Origin: Ascidiella aspersa
Lineage: Eukaryota
Direction of reading: 5' to 3'
Assembly: GCA_963924565.1 (NCBI GenBank)
Contig: OZ004609.1
Location: forward strand, 29,822,001 to 29,886,000
Length of the DNA stretch: 64,000 bases
In this document: one piece after another, positions 49,465 to 61,587 of the stretch
Layout: every line of letters starts with the position of its first letter
How positions within the stretch are numbered: the first letter of the stretch is position 1
Notes under the pieces: generated by a model
What the model saw: only the letters and a program-made list of their open reading frames with translations
Database searches by the model: none
What the model was told of the DNA's origin: nothing
Position numbers and translations under genes: made by a program

Positions 49465-50820
49465 AGAGGACTTTTTGTGTTGTGTGCTGGTAAAAACCCG
49501 ATATCCGTCCTTCAAAAGTTGCTCTGCTTTTCTTTTCTTTTTTTCTTTAATACATGTTTATTGAACCATCCCAGCTTGTGCTTGTTTGCCGCAGACATTT
49601 ATTGACATATGCTAGGCCTATATTAGCCTAAGTTATGGTAGAACCTGTTTCATAGTGGTAGCCAGCAATGACTGAAGACAATTCTTTTTTAAGATAGTCA
49701 CGTTACCAAAGAAGTTAGTTTTTTGCCAACCAGTCGTACAAAATTGACGCTTGATGTACGTACTAAGATCGCAAGTGACAAAAGTTGCAAAGTACTATAC
49801 TAAATGGAAATAAACTTCATAGTTCGCTATCTAATTGTTTAATGAAGTAAAGGTATAATACGAACAATCACGAAAGAAAAAAAAAGAAAAAAAAATGGAC
49901 AACATCTTAAAGTGTTTGAGGAACTTCGACAGCCTGATGGCTTTATTTAATAAACTTTTCAGTGTGAATAACAAATAGTGTTAATATAACTCGCCCAATG
50001 TTGAAAGTGAATAATGGTATGTGTATGAGTATGGAAAAGAGAAGTAATATTCATTTTTTCCCATGTGTAACGCGTGGCTCTTGGCGGGTAACAAAGTAAC
50101 TCTATGTCTGGCTCTATGGTATTTTATAACTGGTTTTCTACCTCTGACCTTGCAAATAATGAAAATAGAATGTGGTCGTTGCCCCACGTATACCGCTCAA
50201 TGAAACAAACCTTCTTTGTACAACATGAAACATGTACTGAGACTGATCATAATTTACATTGAATTTTATTTATAAAAATGCTTCTAAAAAGTTCGTAGAC
50301 TTAATATCATATTAAGTTATACTTAATATTTTCTTACACTCACTATGCTTTAATTTCTGCTTAAACTTACTATTAAATTAAAAATATATATAACCCAGAT
50401 TGAAATAAATAAAATTCACGGTCCATTAAGAAGCAGTCATGCATGTAAACAGGACGCTAAAAATAAAAACTGTTGCGAGGCAATAAAATTCAGATAATAG
50501 CAAAATGTTGGCTAGTTAACGTGTAGTGTTAATATATATACTTATCTGTATCGACAATTTACATATTAGTATAATTCCAACGTTGTACAGAAGTTAGTGT
50601 GTTATGCAAAGCATATAATACTAGGAAAACGAAAGATATATTATTTTTGGTTCATCAGCGATTTTGTAAACACTTTTTAGAACTTACATTTTAAATGAAT
50701 TAACTGTTATTTTGTGTTATTAAAGCGTTGGTTAATTTCCAGGGTGATTTATTCTGTTAAGGGTAAGATTTATAAACTTATTTCAAGAAATTGTCGCATG
50801 TTTTATTAGTTTTTTTCGGC

Positions 50821-51024
50821 GCTGGTCTAGACTCCTACCACTTTTTTACAGTAACGAAACGAGTTTATTTAGATTACAAGGAAGAAATTAGCATGAGAGA
50901 ATAAATGTAATAATATTAATAATTCACCCACCCGAACCCAAGTTTATCCTAACCAGCACCCTAACCAAAATAATGCATGCATTATAAATCCCTTGATGAA
51001 AATGTGGTAGGATTCTAGGCCAGC
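50821..51024. mobile_element. MITE with 21-bp TIR just upstream of FAM92
   Basis: GCTGGTCTAGACTCCTACCAC (50821-50841) vs gtggtaggattctaggccagc (51004-51024), 2 mismatches; internal CCTAACC motifs. Confidence 0.7.
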
Positions 51025-51207
51025 CCACTTTTTTCATATATGTGTGTGGGACTGATGAATGCATTTTAAATTTTAAAATCTGTGTTAAACTTTTTGATAA
51101 TTAAACGTTGCTAATTCCTAATCATTCTTCCTACTAGGTTCCAACTAGTTCTTTAGTCGTACTGCAATCCCTGTTTATTCTGCAATATTGGATAAAAAGT
51201 GTTAGTG

Positions 51208-54200
51208 ATGAGTTTTGGTCGCGGCACAGCATCACCTGAAGCTAGGGCAAGGTTTGTTTATTAAATAGGAAAATACTTTTATGTAAATGTATAGCTGTAT
51301 GACTGATCTGCATTCTGTGGCAGGGGTAGGCCCGAGATATTTTAGAAAGCAATTTGTGCGCACAACTTAATTAGTAAGTTGCACACCTAAATTCTAAAAA
51401 CAAGGTTGAATTGTGCTACATTCCTGAACCCCAGGTGTGAAAAAAAAAAAAAAACTTTGATTGCATATCAAAATATTGAAACAAAACATTTTGATGTGTC
51501 TGATGTTTTTTATAATTTAATCATATGTATTTGTAGACAAGCACAAACTGATTTCATTGAAGAATCAGTGCACAAAGTTGACAAGCACTTTGGGTTGATT
51601 TGCAACGAGCTCGGATCTGTGTGTCGAAAAACTGGAAGATTGAGAGACAAATATGACAGTGTGGCTAAGGTAAGTTGAAGTTTGTACATGATTTTTAAAT
51701 GTCCAGTTGTTTCGAGGTTTCTTATGGCATTAGAATATTTTTTGATTTTGTTTAACATGACAATAAAATTGTTTTGTTGATTTGTTTGATTGTACACTAA
51801 TGTTGTATACATTTATTTCAGCTGTGCATTGACTATGCTGATAAGGAACCAGATCCACTAAAGACCAGTCTAACACAGTTTGCTGAACACCTGTCTGCAA
51901 TACAAGACTACAGACAAGCCCAAGTTAGTGGATGTAGTTGCTAAAATTGCAATGTTTGTATTGCTCCAGAGCATTTGAAAGAAACGATCAATTGTTCTGT
52001 TGGAATAAATATCCTTTTTGGAAATAGTACATGTCAGCAAAAAAACCTATTACAATTTTAATTAAACAACTCCTATAATGTTTTTGTTTTATTATAATTG
52101 CCACCCATTGTCATTGTCACAGTGACTGTTTTATGCTTTTACAAAGTATCCATTCAATTAATTATGCTGTTTTTATTGAACCGATTGACAATGTGCTTTG
52201 TTCTCCAGATTGAGCGTCTGGAAAGAAAGGTCATTGATCCTTTGACAACTTATGGCAAAGAGTGTAAGCACACTCAGGTATGTTTACTTTAAATAAGCAC
52301 TGCTTTTGACAATACTTTGATGCTGGAAGTGGATTTGTTCAGTATACATGCCCAAACATATGTTGGTATATATTTAGTAAGGCGACATATTTGCTCCTCA
52401 AACGAAGTGAAAGTCATAGAACACATTTGTTTGCATTACGATATTGACAAACGGCAAGTTACTTTGATCTGACATATGATTTTGATTCAGTTTGAAGTAA
52501 TAGCACAACATACAATAACGTTACCTCTTTGAAAATAAGAAACATGATCGATTTTTTACTAACGATTAAAACGCATTATTTTGCTTTGCATTGGGCCAAA
52601 CGAATTTGTGTTGTTCCAGAGCAACTTGAGAAATTCGCTAAAAACTCGAACCAAAGAACTCAAGCAGCAAGATAGAGTTGAGACCTTGAGGCAAAAGTCT
52701 GGAGATCGGCACACACTGGTTGGTATAGACAATTTTTCGCATCTTCGAGAAATATATTTTTCAGGCCCAAACAGGCAGCTTTTAATGTTTTTTCTTATAG
52801 TCGTAGTAGCCGCTACTACTGCCATTCTGAAGTTTGAAACTTCGAAAAAAAGCAACTAAAGTGTTTACTTAAAAGTTAATGGGAAAAAAATGTGTTGAAC
52901 CGCAAATATGGTAATACGCCTACAGTACGGTAATATAGTACCTTGGTTTATGAAATAAAGCGTACTTGTGTATGATGAAACGAAGGTTGAAACTCGGGTT
53001 TCTATATTGAGCTCAGTAAATCCGAATACGCTATAACGCACACGATACAATCCGCTGAAAGGGCATACGCAACAACAATACGTTAATCCTTTTCGTTCAC
53101 CACTAGTTCAATCGATGCCACTTTTAAATCATAGCCTCGGGCAGAGATGCCACCTGCCGTTGGCACATTTAGGTTTTCGTTTTAGCTAAATGTCCCTTTG
53201 CCTAATGTATATGCGATGAGATCAATAGTGGTTGTTATATGTAAAATAAAGTTTGTCGTGCATTTTCACTAGGATAAAATATTTTAATGTAACCCCGCAA
53301 GGAGAATGGTCCATAAACTATCGTTAAGTAATGTGCTATGCCTGTAGTCCTATTTGGCGTCATTTGTACTCAAGGGATATCGAGTTTCCAGAAAAATTGC
53401 AAACCAGTTTTGTAATCCCGAGGGGCTAAAACGAAAGTGTTTTCGACGAGCGCGCTTCTTCTATGTACAGCGAAACAACAATGCCTCTGAAGGGTTGCCA
53501 ATAAACATAAAATGGATTGAGACCTTGATTCTGTTTGAGTTTTTGAGAAAGAAATTTTCGCCCGGTGCGCTTTTAATTTTAATTCATTTTTTGCTATTTG
53601 AAAACGACATTCTCTAAAGTTTTTACATGTGATTTTAAAATGTCTTACAAGCACAAACGATGAATATCTATCGGTACAAGGACGCCATTCTAAGTTTCAG
53701 CTAAACTTAGCCTATGATATCTTTCTGGTTTGATCAATATTAAAGAAACAATGCCATTTTTATTACGAAACCACAAAAATCTCTTTGTAACAAGCACGCC
53801 TATATTTTTAATCTAATCATAGAGTCCAACCCGCAAAACAGTTTTTCACTTTAAAAAGTCATTTGTCCAGCAAAAAGAGTAAATACCCAAGTTTTTTTTT
53901 TTAATGTAGATGTAACATTATTCACGTGTTTCACTTTTTAAACCGCAAATCTGACGTTCCAACGATTGTTTCGTCACAATGTTTTTCACGCGCGCAGACA
54001 CAAGCGGAAGCGGAACTCCAGCGTCGCTCAGTGGACGTCGAACGCACGACCCGAGCTTTGGAAGAGACGATCGACAAGTTTGAGGCAAAAAAGGTTCAGG
54101 ACTTGAAGGTAAAAACAAACAGAACGCTAACTCGGGCCCTACCTACATGGCGGCACCTGCCCCCTGGTGGAGACAGGTTGTCAACGATTGGGCTCAGACA

Positions 54201-56924
54201 TTACTGGCTTGTTAGAAATTCCCGGCCTTCTTCTTTGCCAGCGGGAATAACCCAGCCACAATGCTTGCCTTCTTTACTTTATTTTTACACTAAAAAAACA
54301 ACGCCCGTTGTTTTTAGAATATTTTCCCTTCCGTGCTCACCAAAAAATCGTAACGTCCTCTCTTTAGAATGTCTTGTTTACAACACTGGGGTTCCGCGGA
54401 CAGTTTTAGGAGGTTTCCAGTGACCCGTGCATATATTTTAAATACATCTTTCAAATGCTTGCACAAAGCAACTGTTTTTTTTGTAGTAAATATTGTTGGG
54501 TTAGTTTTACTTTTTAACTTTTTTTTAACAATTTTTATGTTAAAATGCCGCCATGATTTTAATTAAGCAAAGATCTCCTGTCGTCTTAACAAAATTCTAG
54601 AACTAAATTCTACAGCCAAGGCAGATAGGCACAGAAAGTCGAACCTTACACATTTTTGTCCTTCGTTACTTAACGTTTCAAGCTCACGTTGAACCTAATA
54701 CTTTTTCGTAAAACAGAAAATCTTTTCGGAGTTCATTAAGATCGAGATGGTGTTCCACGCCAAAGCTCTCGAGCAATACACGGTAGCCTACAACTCGCTG
54801 CAGGAAATACAAGAGGAAGAGCACATCGAGGTTGGTGACGTCACTGCTATGACGTAATTGTCTGAAAGCGCTTTTCTGTACTGGTTGTACTATTCTATTA
54901 ATCTTAAAACATGGCCTGTAAAACGTCCACCATTCTACGTTCAAAGTAATAGTAAAAGCTTATTACTCATTATTTGAAAAGGCGGGCACGGCCTTTATAA
55001 AATTTGTGTAAGCGGACGCAGCCGAAAAAGTTTAAGAACCCCTGTATAAGACGATATTTTTCCAGGTTTGTGTCTGGTTTAAGCGTACGTTAATTGTGCA
55101 GAACCTTTTTTTATAATAGCTATGTTAATATAAAATCACAAGTACAATAAGAATGCCGATTTTTGGAAAATAACTTAACATTTTTCCATCCTAAACTTCA
55201 TGACTCTTGATATTTGTTAGTAATCTTAATAACTATCTACGTCACCGCGGATAGAGTGTGTTGTAGTTCGAATTCCACAGTTTTTCTGCTAAACAGGTTG
55301 GTGGTAATTAGTTTCTTTTTGACCTTAGGTGTTTCGAAACAATTTGCGTCCCAGCACCAACATGCAAAACCGGATGGAACTGGCCAACCAAGCCACCGGG
55401 CGCTCATTGGCCGATTCGACGAGGATGTCGACCAATCAGACGCCGCCGCAGCCTGTCGCAAAGGCTCGCGGTCAAAGACATCAGCAAGAGTAAGTGCTTA
55501 GGATTTAAACTGTTTTTTCACAGTGTAAAAGTTGTAAACAGTAAGTGACTTGTTTGCCAGTCACAATTAGGCAGGACCTGTGTACGACGTAGTGATTTCA
55601 TTAGTCCACTGACTAATATTAGTTAAATAGTTCGACGTCAAGTTAACAAATATATATGTTTAAAAACGTTTAATTTTTTAGTAATTACTATTATCAGTTA
55701 AGAAATCTTATCGTGCGTTAAAAATCATAACCATCGCCCTTCCTGCATGCTGCGCCGACTATTCTCCAATTCTTTGGCGTTATTGCAATTAGGCGTGTTT
55801 AAGTCCCATGTGCTGAATTGTAGCAAGAAATGTTCAATATTTTCGCAGATCGGAGGTTGATGAAGATGAGGACGATGACGAGGAATACGCCACCGACTCA
55901 CAGGAATATGACGAGGACGAAGAAAGCGAAGAGGTGGGTTTAGGAGTCGGGGATCGCGATGGTGGCTAGGGATACATTTGCGGTGTAATGGTGGATTTGT
56001 ATCGGCGTTATTTTTTACATTTGTTTGAGTAACAATTTTGCTAGTTCATTCTTTCGTTGCAAAGAGGTTTCTAACCCGAAGGATGATATGATATAGTCTT
56101 TGTAACTTTCCTGACACTGTGTAAGACCCTATATCTAATTAAGGTAACCAAACATATTTGTATCGCAATATGCAACATGCAATGTTACTTTTTAACTTTA
56201 CAAGTGCTATATCCTTTGAAATAACTGATGTAGGCCAATGCGTACGCTTAAAAGCGGAAGTTACGCTTTATTTTCCTAAAATTAAAAGGCGGAAGTTACA
56301 AATCTATGCTTTGTGTTTACCTTTTACTATCGCCTACCGCAGTTTCATAGCTATGTATACAAACAATTGATATAGAAAACCTTATCAATGCACTAGCCAG
56401 TTAATTTACCTTTTTCAACTGTTACGTTACTGTGATGTAAAACATTGTTGCATTAAAAAAAGGCACAGAAGTTAAGTATCATTTCAAAAATGCATTACAT
56501 TACGCGAAGCAGAGAATAGCGTCCTATTAGTGGTCTTGGTGTGACTATAGGTTTTTTGGTTTGGAAGGACGTTTTTTCATGAGGGTTTCCAAAAAATTTG
56601 GTTGTAATCCATTTACCAATACATTTAAGCAACAAAGTCTGGCCGAGTCAAATACGCCCTTAAATAGCGAAGTGAAAATATAACCACAAATTGGGCTTTT
56701 ACTACAGTCTGATCGAAAACGACAATAACGTAGATTGCAGTTCCAAAATAATTGATGGTGTAGCGCTAGTGCATTCGTAAAACTTAGCCTTTGAACTCAG
56801 CAATGCAGACAAAATATCATTAAGACATCGTTACAATTTCCGGTTTTGCGTTAAGGAGGAAGATGAAGATGAGGAGATCGCACAACGTCCTGCATCCAAC
56901 AGAGCAAGAACAAAGCCCTGGTGA
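51208..56924 (+). CDS. CIBAR1: FAM92/CIBAR (CBY1-interacting BAR domain) protein, 9-10 exons, 317 or 328 aa
   Basis: Exons 51208-51251, 51537-51669, 51822-51923, 52209-52277, 52620-52718, 53998-54108, 54717-54830, 55329-55489, 55849-55933 (or read-through to TAG at 55969), 56856-56924. Motifs VDKHFG...RKTGRLRDK, IQDYRQAQIERLERKVIDPL, QAEAELQR, KIFSEFIKIEMVFHAKALE, EVFRN, acidic tail. Confidence 0.93.
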
Positions 56925-57077
56925 ATTTGGTTTCTTGGTGGCGCACTGGGAGCAATTTATTTCGCCCTGTCGGGTTTAGTCCTTGTTTTATTTTTAAATA
57001 TATATAACTAGCGAAAGCTTTTGTAGCGTTTGCGATTGCTCATGTAGCTTTCTCTAGCTTGGTTGGAAAAACTAGTT

Positions 57078-57463
57078 CAGTGCTCTTCAATCTGTTTTCC
57101 GTGGTAGGCTATACCAACAGCAATTTAATAAAAACTTTGCATAGGCCACCTCGCATAGCAATGCACAAGACATAAAAATAAAATTTAGTCATCTGGTAAA
57201 GTGTTATATTGGAATTATATCTTGCCTTTGAAAGTACAAAGCGACCTCACATAGAGATGGCAAGCCTTCCACATAGCATTTAAAACACCGTCATGATTCA
57301 TCAATAATTAAAATAAAAAACACCGTCATGATACATTAATTAATTTTGTCGCAGTTGTGACATGCACATTTTCAATCTGCACGCCCTTCGTATACTTTTG
57401 TCAGTTTGTATATTCCATACGGTATACACTTAGTTGTAAAGCATAACCGGTTGAAGGGTACTG
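57078..57463. mobile_element. hAT-type MITE
   Basis: TIR CAGTGCTCTTCAA ... TTGAAGGGTACTG; flanks aactagtt/gaccagtt (6/8). Confidence 0.6.
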
Positions 57464-58424
57464 GACCAGTTAATACGTGTCTATCTTGGCGTTTACACAC
57501 TTACACAGCATAATCTAAAGCTTATTCGCATTTGTTACGTTTTACTAGCTAAAATGTGTAATTTTGTAGCGCAGCTTTTTTTCTTTGCAGCCTTTCAAAG
57601 TCTACTTATAAAATCGCGTTTATAAAATATCGAAATTTGCCGAATGGCCTGTCGCAAATTGGGAGATTCGATGTAGGCCTATTCGTTTTTTGAAAAATCA
57701 AATGTTTTCCTGTGTTTGCTGCAGCCGCAATTATAATAACGTCCAGTATTTATTTTTGTTGTTGCTTCAACGACAGAAGATACGAATACAGTACCACGTC
57801 CTTTTTTATAACATTGCACTGTTCTGTTCGCCTGTTCTTGTTTTCTTGCAGCTACTACGCTCACGTCAATGTATTTCTATTAGGTGGGACAAAGTTGCCC
57901 TACTTTAATGTAAGATGTAGTAGTTATCTGTGCGGCAACCTATAACCTTTTAAATAAAATTCGTCCTAAAACATGCTTGCTTGTGTGTATCGCATTAACT
58001 TTTATTTACCAACCGAAAAGGTTTATTTACCTACCCACTGGAGATACGAATACGAATATAATATGCCATGTAGTGAGGCTATTTAGCAAACATTTTGAAA
58101 TATTGTACTGGGTAAGAATCGAACTTTACATTTTTATGGCGGTTTGCTGGACATAATACTGTTTTACGTTATATCTCTGAGTTCAATACCGCCTTTCTGC
58201 ATATATTTTACTCCTTAAATCTAAATTTATAACAAAGTTTAAACACATTGAAAAAAGTTAGACGTTTATTAACGAGAGTGCAAGTATGAACAAGTAATAA
58301 AGTTATGAAAGTGGCTCTTCGGGTCTTCTTATTAGTGCAGCCTTTGCTCTTTAGCTTCAGACGAACTTGCGTGGAAATACGCGTCGGCGGTCATTTAAAT
58401 GGCAGGGCTTTTTCAACATTCAGG

Positions 58425-60708
58425 TCAGCGGTTTCTCGTATTACAAATTAACGGTAAACTAAACAAAGGTCTAAATCTGAAAAACAAAGAGTAGACAATT
58501 AGTGAGAGAGAGAGTTATATACGCTAACAGCTCTTAAGCGCGAGTAGATATTCCTAATGAAATGACGTTCCTATACCTTCACAATTTGAAACTATCATCA
58601 GTTTAAAACATCTCTATCAGACCGAGCTGCTGCATGCAAACTTCCCCAAATACACAGACGTATGCCCTATATGGGAAAGCAGGGCTGCAGAGTCGGTTTA
58701 AAACAACGGAAATAAAGTTCACAAGTCCGACTTCAGAAAAATAAATTGACTTCGACGAGGCCCGTTGCTCTTCACTTATAGGGGTCATACAAATCACACA
58801 CCCAACCTGGGTGAAAAATATTCAACTAATTATATTGTGCTGTCTTGTAACGGTTTCCGAGCTTGCTCGGCGCATTTTGCACTCTTGTATATTTGTAGTC
58901 TAGAGTCATATGTGGCTAAAAACAACATACGATTCCGACCCGCAAAGGCTGAAATATGGAATTCTAGCAATATGGTGTACAGCGTTAGGTAGGTAGAAGT
59001 GTGCCAACATCGTAACCGTAAAGAGAAGACTGGATTAGCGTACGTTATACGTAAGCTTGCCTGGACGGTTATCTTCCATATATTTACGCAGTACAACAAC
59101 TACTAACAGCGCAACCGTTGGGAGTTAACGGCTCCACTAACCGCTGGCTTACAAGTGGACACCATTTTGAAAGGGTAGGGGGCTTACTGCAACCAGATTT
59201 TATCTCGCACATAAAAATTAAATCCTAAAAAAATGATTTATACGCGAATTTGTTTGCAAAAAATACGCCATTTTTTATTATATCACGTAAGCAAATTCTT
59301 TAGACATTTACATACATTATTAGTCATTTAGTAACATACAAAAATGTAGACTTTTGCATCCTTACGACCATTCGAGTCGTAAGTTTTGCTGAAGCTTTCT
59401 GTCAGCTCTACCTGAAAACACGTTCGATATGGATATAGGAAGGCATTCACATTATTTGGCATGTTTGAAACATTCGTATCCTCTTACCTGCTATACGTTA
59501 CGTTAGAGCAGTTGTTCTCAAATTTTACAAAAAAATACGCAACGGTCCCCCAGAGATTTTTTTAATTGCCCACGGTCCTGAAAAACATGCTCAAAATAAC
59601 ACGTTGTTTTTAATGGTATCAATGGGACGGTTGCACTCGCTTTTTTGCTATCGACTCGGCGTTGTTAACCTCTAATGAATCACTCTTATTTGAGTCAAGC
59701 AGTCACGAACAGTTTTAAAACGGTGACCGTACAGCCTTAGGGCAGCGTTAAAAAACGCAAATTCTCAACACAACACTATGACGTCACAATGCACAATTCA
59801 ACTTAGAGCGTGCAATAACGTGGATGAACAATTAATGAGCTTGGGTTGGAAAAGTAAGTTGCCTGAAAACTTTATTGCATAAAAATTGTCTTCTTAAGGA
59901 GCGTCGTGTTGATTTTTTGTTAGGTGCTTCGCGGTCCCAGAAAATTGTCTCGCGGATCCAGTTTGAGAACGACTGCGTTAGAGCAAATTTTACAAACAAA
60001 GTTTCTTGGCAAACATATACATTAAATCAGGAAAATATTCCGCTGGTAAAGGCTTCGATTTTAGCAACAATCAGAAGAGGTATTTACTATGCGTTATGCA
60101 AAGCGGAGGCAGCTTTGTGTTTTAAACGCGCTTACAGTATACTAATATAACTGGAACAGTTTCGAAACTTCGTATTAATATAAAAAAAAACGTCTTAGCA
60201 AGACAGACGTCATTGAGGTTCCATATGTATTTAACAACAGATTGTTCAATCTATACGCAAGTGCTCAGAAAACTGTCTGGTGTTTGTACCAATATGTCTG
60301 GTTTTGTACAATATTTGGCTTAACTCAACAAAATTTACGGTAGTTCTATCCACAACAAATGACGTTATTATTTTAGTCAAATAAACAAAATCGATATTCC
60401 TTATTCCTTCTAATTTTTGCAAGTAAATGTGTTTAGGATAAAAAGTCGGTTACATTAGTGTGGTAGTTTACTTTTTCCATATGATGGTAAAAATTGCTTC
60501 TTGTGATGAAAATGTTAACAAGGCTATTAAAGTTTGTGTGACATAATGTTGAAAATTTTTACAAATACAGTCGATTACGAATGTGGTGACTTTACCTGGC
60601 AAAGTTTAGCAATTCAGATTTTTCTTTATTGTCACATTTCATTTGCATTAGCAACCACACGTTAGTGTAAAAAATCTTACCTGAAGTTGTTAGCTCGTTT
60701 TCGTCCAT
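58425..60708 (-). CDS. Candidate 3-exon small ORF (41 aa) or spliced lncRNA
   Basis: Exons 60708-60681, 59411-59366, 58476-58425 with canonical sites (CAG|GTAAGA; TTTTCAG|; GTC|GTAAGG; TTTGTTTTTCAG|) join in frame to MDENELTTSGRADRKLQQNLRLEWSFRPLFSLPLICNTRNR*; AATAAA at 58270-58265. No recognisable homology. Confidence 0.35.
59509..59975. mobile_element. hAT-type MITE with perfect TSD
   Basis: TIR CAGTTGTTCTCAAA ... TTTGAGAACGACTG; exact 8-bp TSD cgttagag at 59501-59508 and 59976-59983. Confidence 0.9.
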
Positions 60709-61221
60709 ATTTTAATTAAACCTAAAGCGCATGTGCAGAAAAAAGGAACCAAACTATATCCTGTTGACTGCTGTAACTTACAATATTTTGAATTCAGCTT
60801 GTTAGCCTTGCGCGTGTATAAAAAAGAAAAATCCAATTTCAAAAGTGTTCTGCTTCTGTTAAACACCCGAAATCCAGTGTTTTAGATACCAATCGTCATT
60901 TAGGCATTTTTAACTGTTTTTCTAACGACAAGGCCACTTTTCAATTTTAACCAACGTTCTACTGAAGAACTGGTCTTTTCGCAAATTGGCCGTTATTTAT
61001 TTTTCGCGATTATCGTTTGTAAATAAATGTTTACGTAAGTTATAAACAACTAAAGCAACGGTGCACAACATCACTTGCCTGGTTTAAATTGGAGTTAGTT
61101 TTTTTATGTAATCAAAAAACGCCAAACATATAATAGAACAATAAGCGAAAGTTAACTATATTGTGTGTCAGTTTATGTCCAACTAAAAAAATAATGTTTT
61201 TTTTAAAGTGAAGGTTCAAAG

Positions 61222-61587
61222 TAGAGATCGACCGATATCACTTTTTTGGACCGATACCCGATTTTTACAATTTTTTCAATCGACACCCGATTTTTTTTAT
61301 ATAACTGGAAAATGTTTAAAACTTGAATTAATTGAAAAAATCTATATAACGTTTTAGTTTATATACTTTTATAAATTTCATTAAACTATTATTTTGCATA
61401 TTAACTTGCCGTGATAATAAATCTCAAAATTTTTCATCAAAAAATCGGTAAGTTGTTTGTTGTACAGCAAAAAATTATAACAAATTTTGGTACTAAATAT
61501 CGGCCTACATTTACCGGTACGGATATATCGGTAAAAGCCAAATATCGGCCGATATTATCGCTAAACCGATATATCGGTCTATCTCTA
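61222..61587. mobile_element. hAT-type MITE with CCGATA subterminal repeats
   Basis: TIR TAGAGATCGACCGATAT ... ATATCGGTCTATCTCTA; flanks gttcaaag/gtttatag (6/8). Confidence 0.75.

Noticed and set aside
50000-51207. RFX X-box expected for a ciliary FAM92 gene
   Set aside because: Only half-site-like matches seen; no convincing full X-box.
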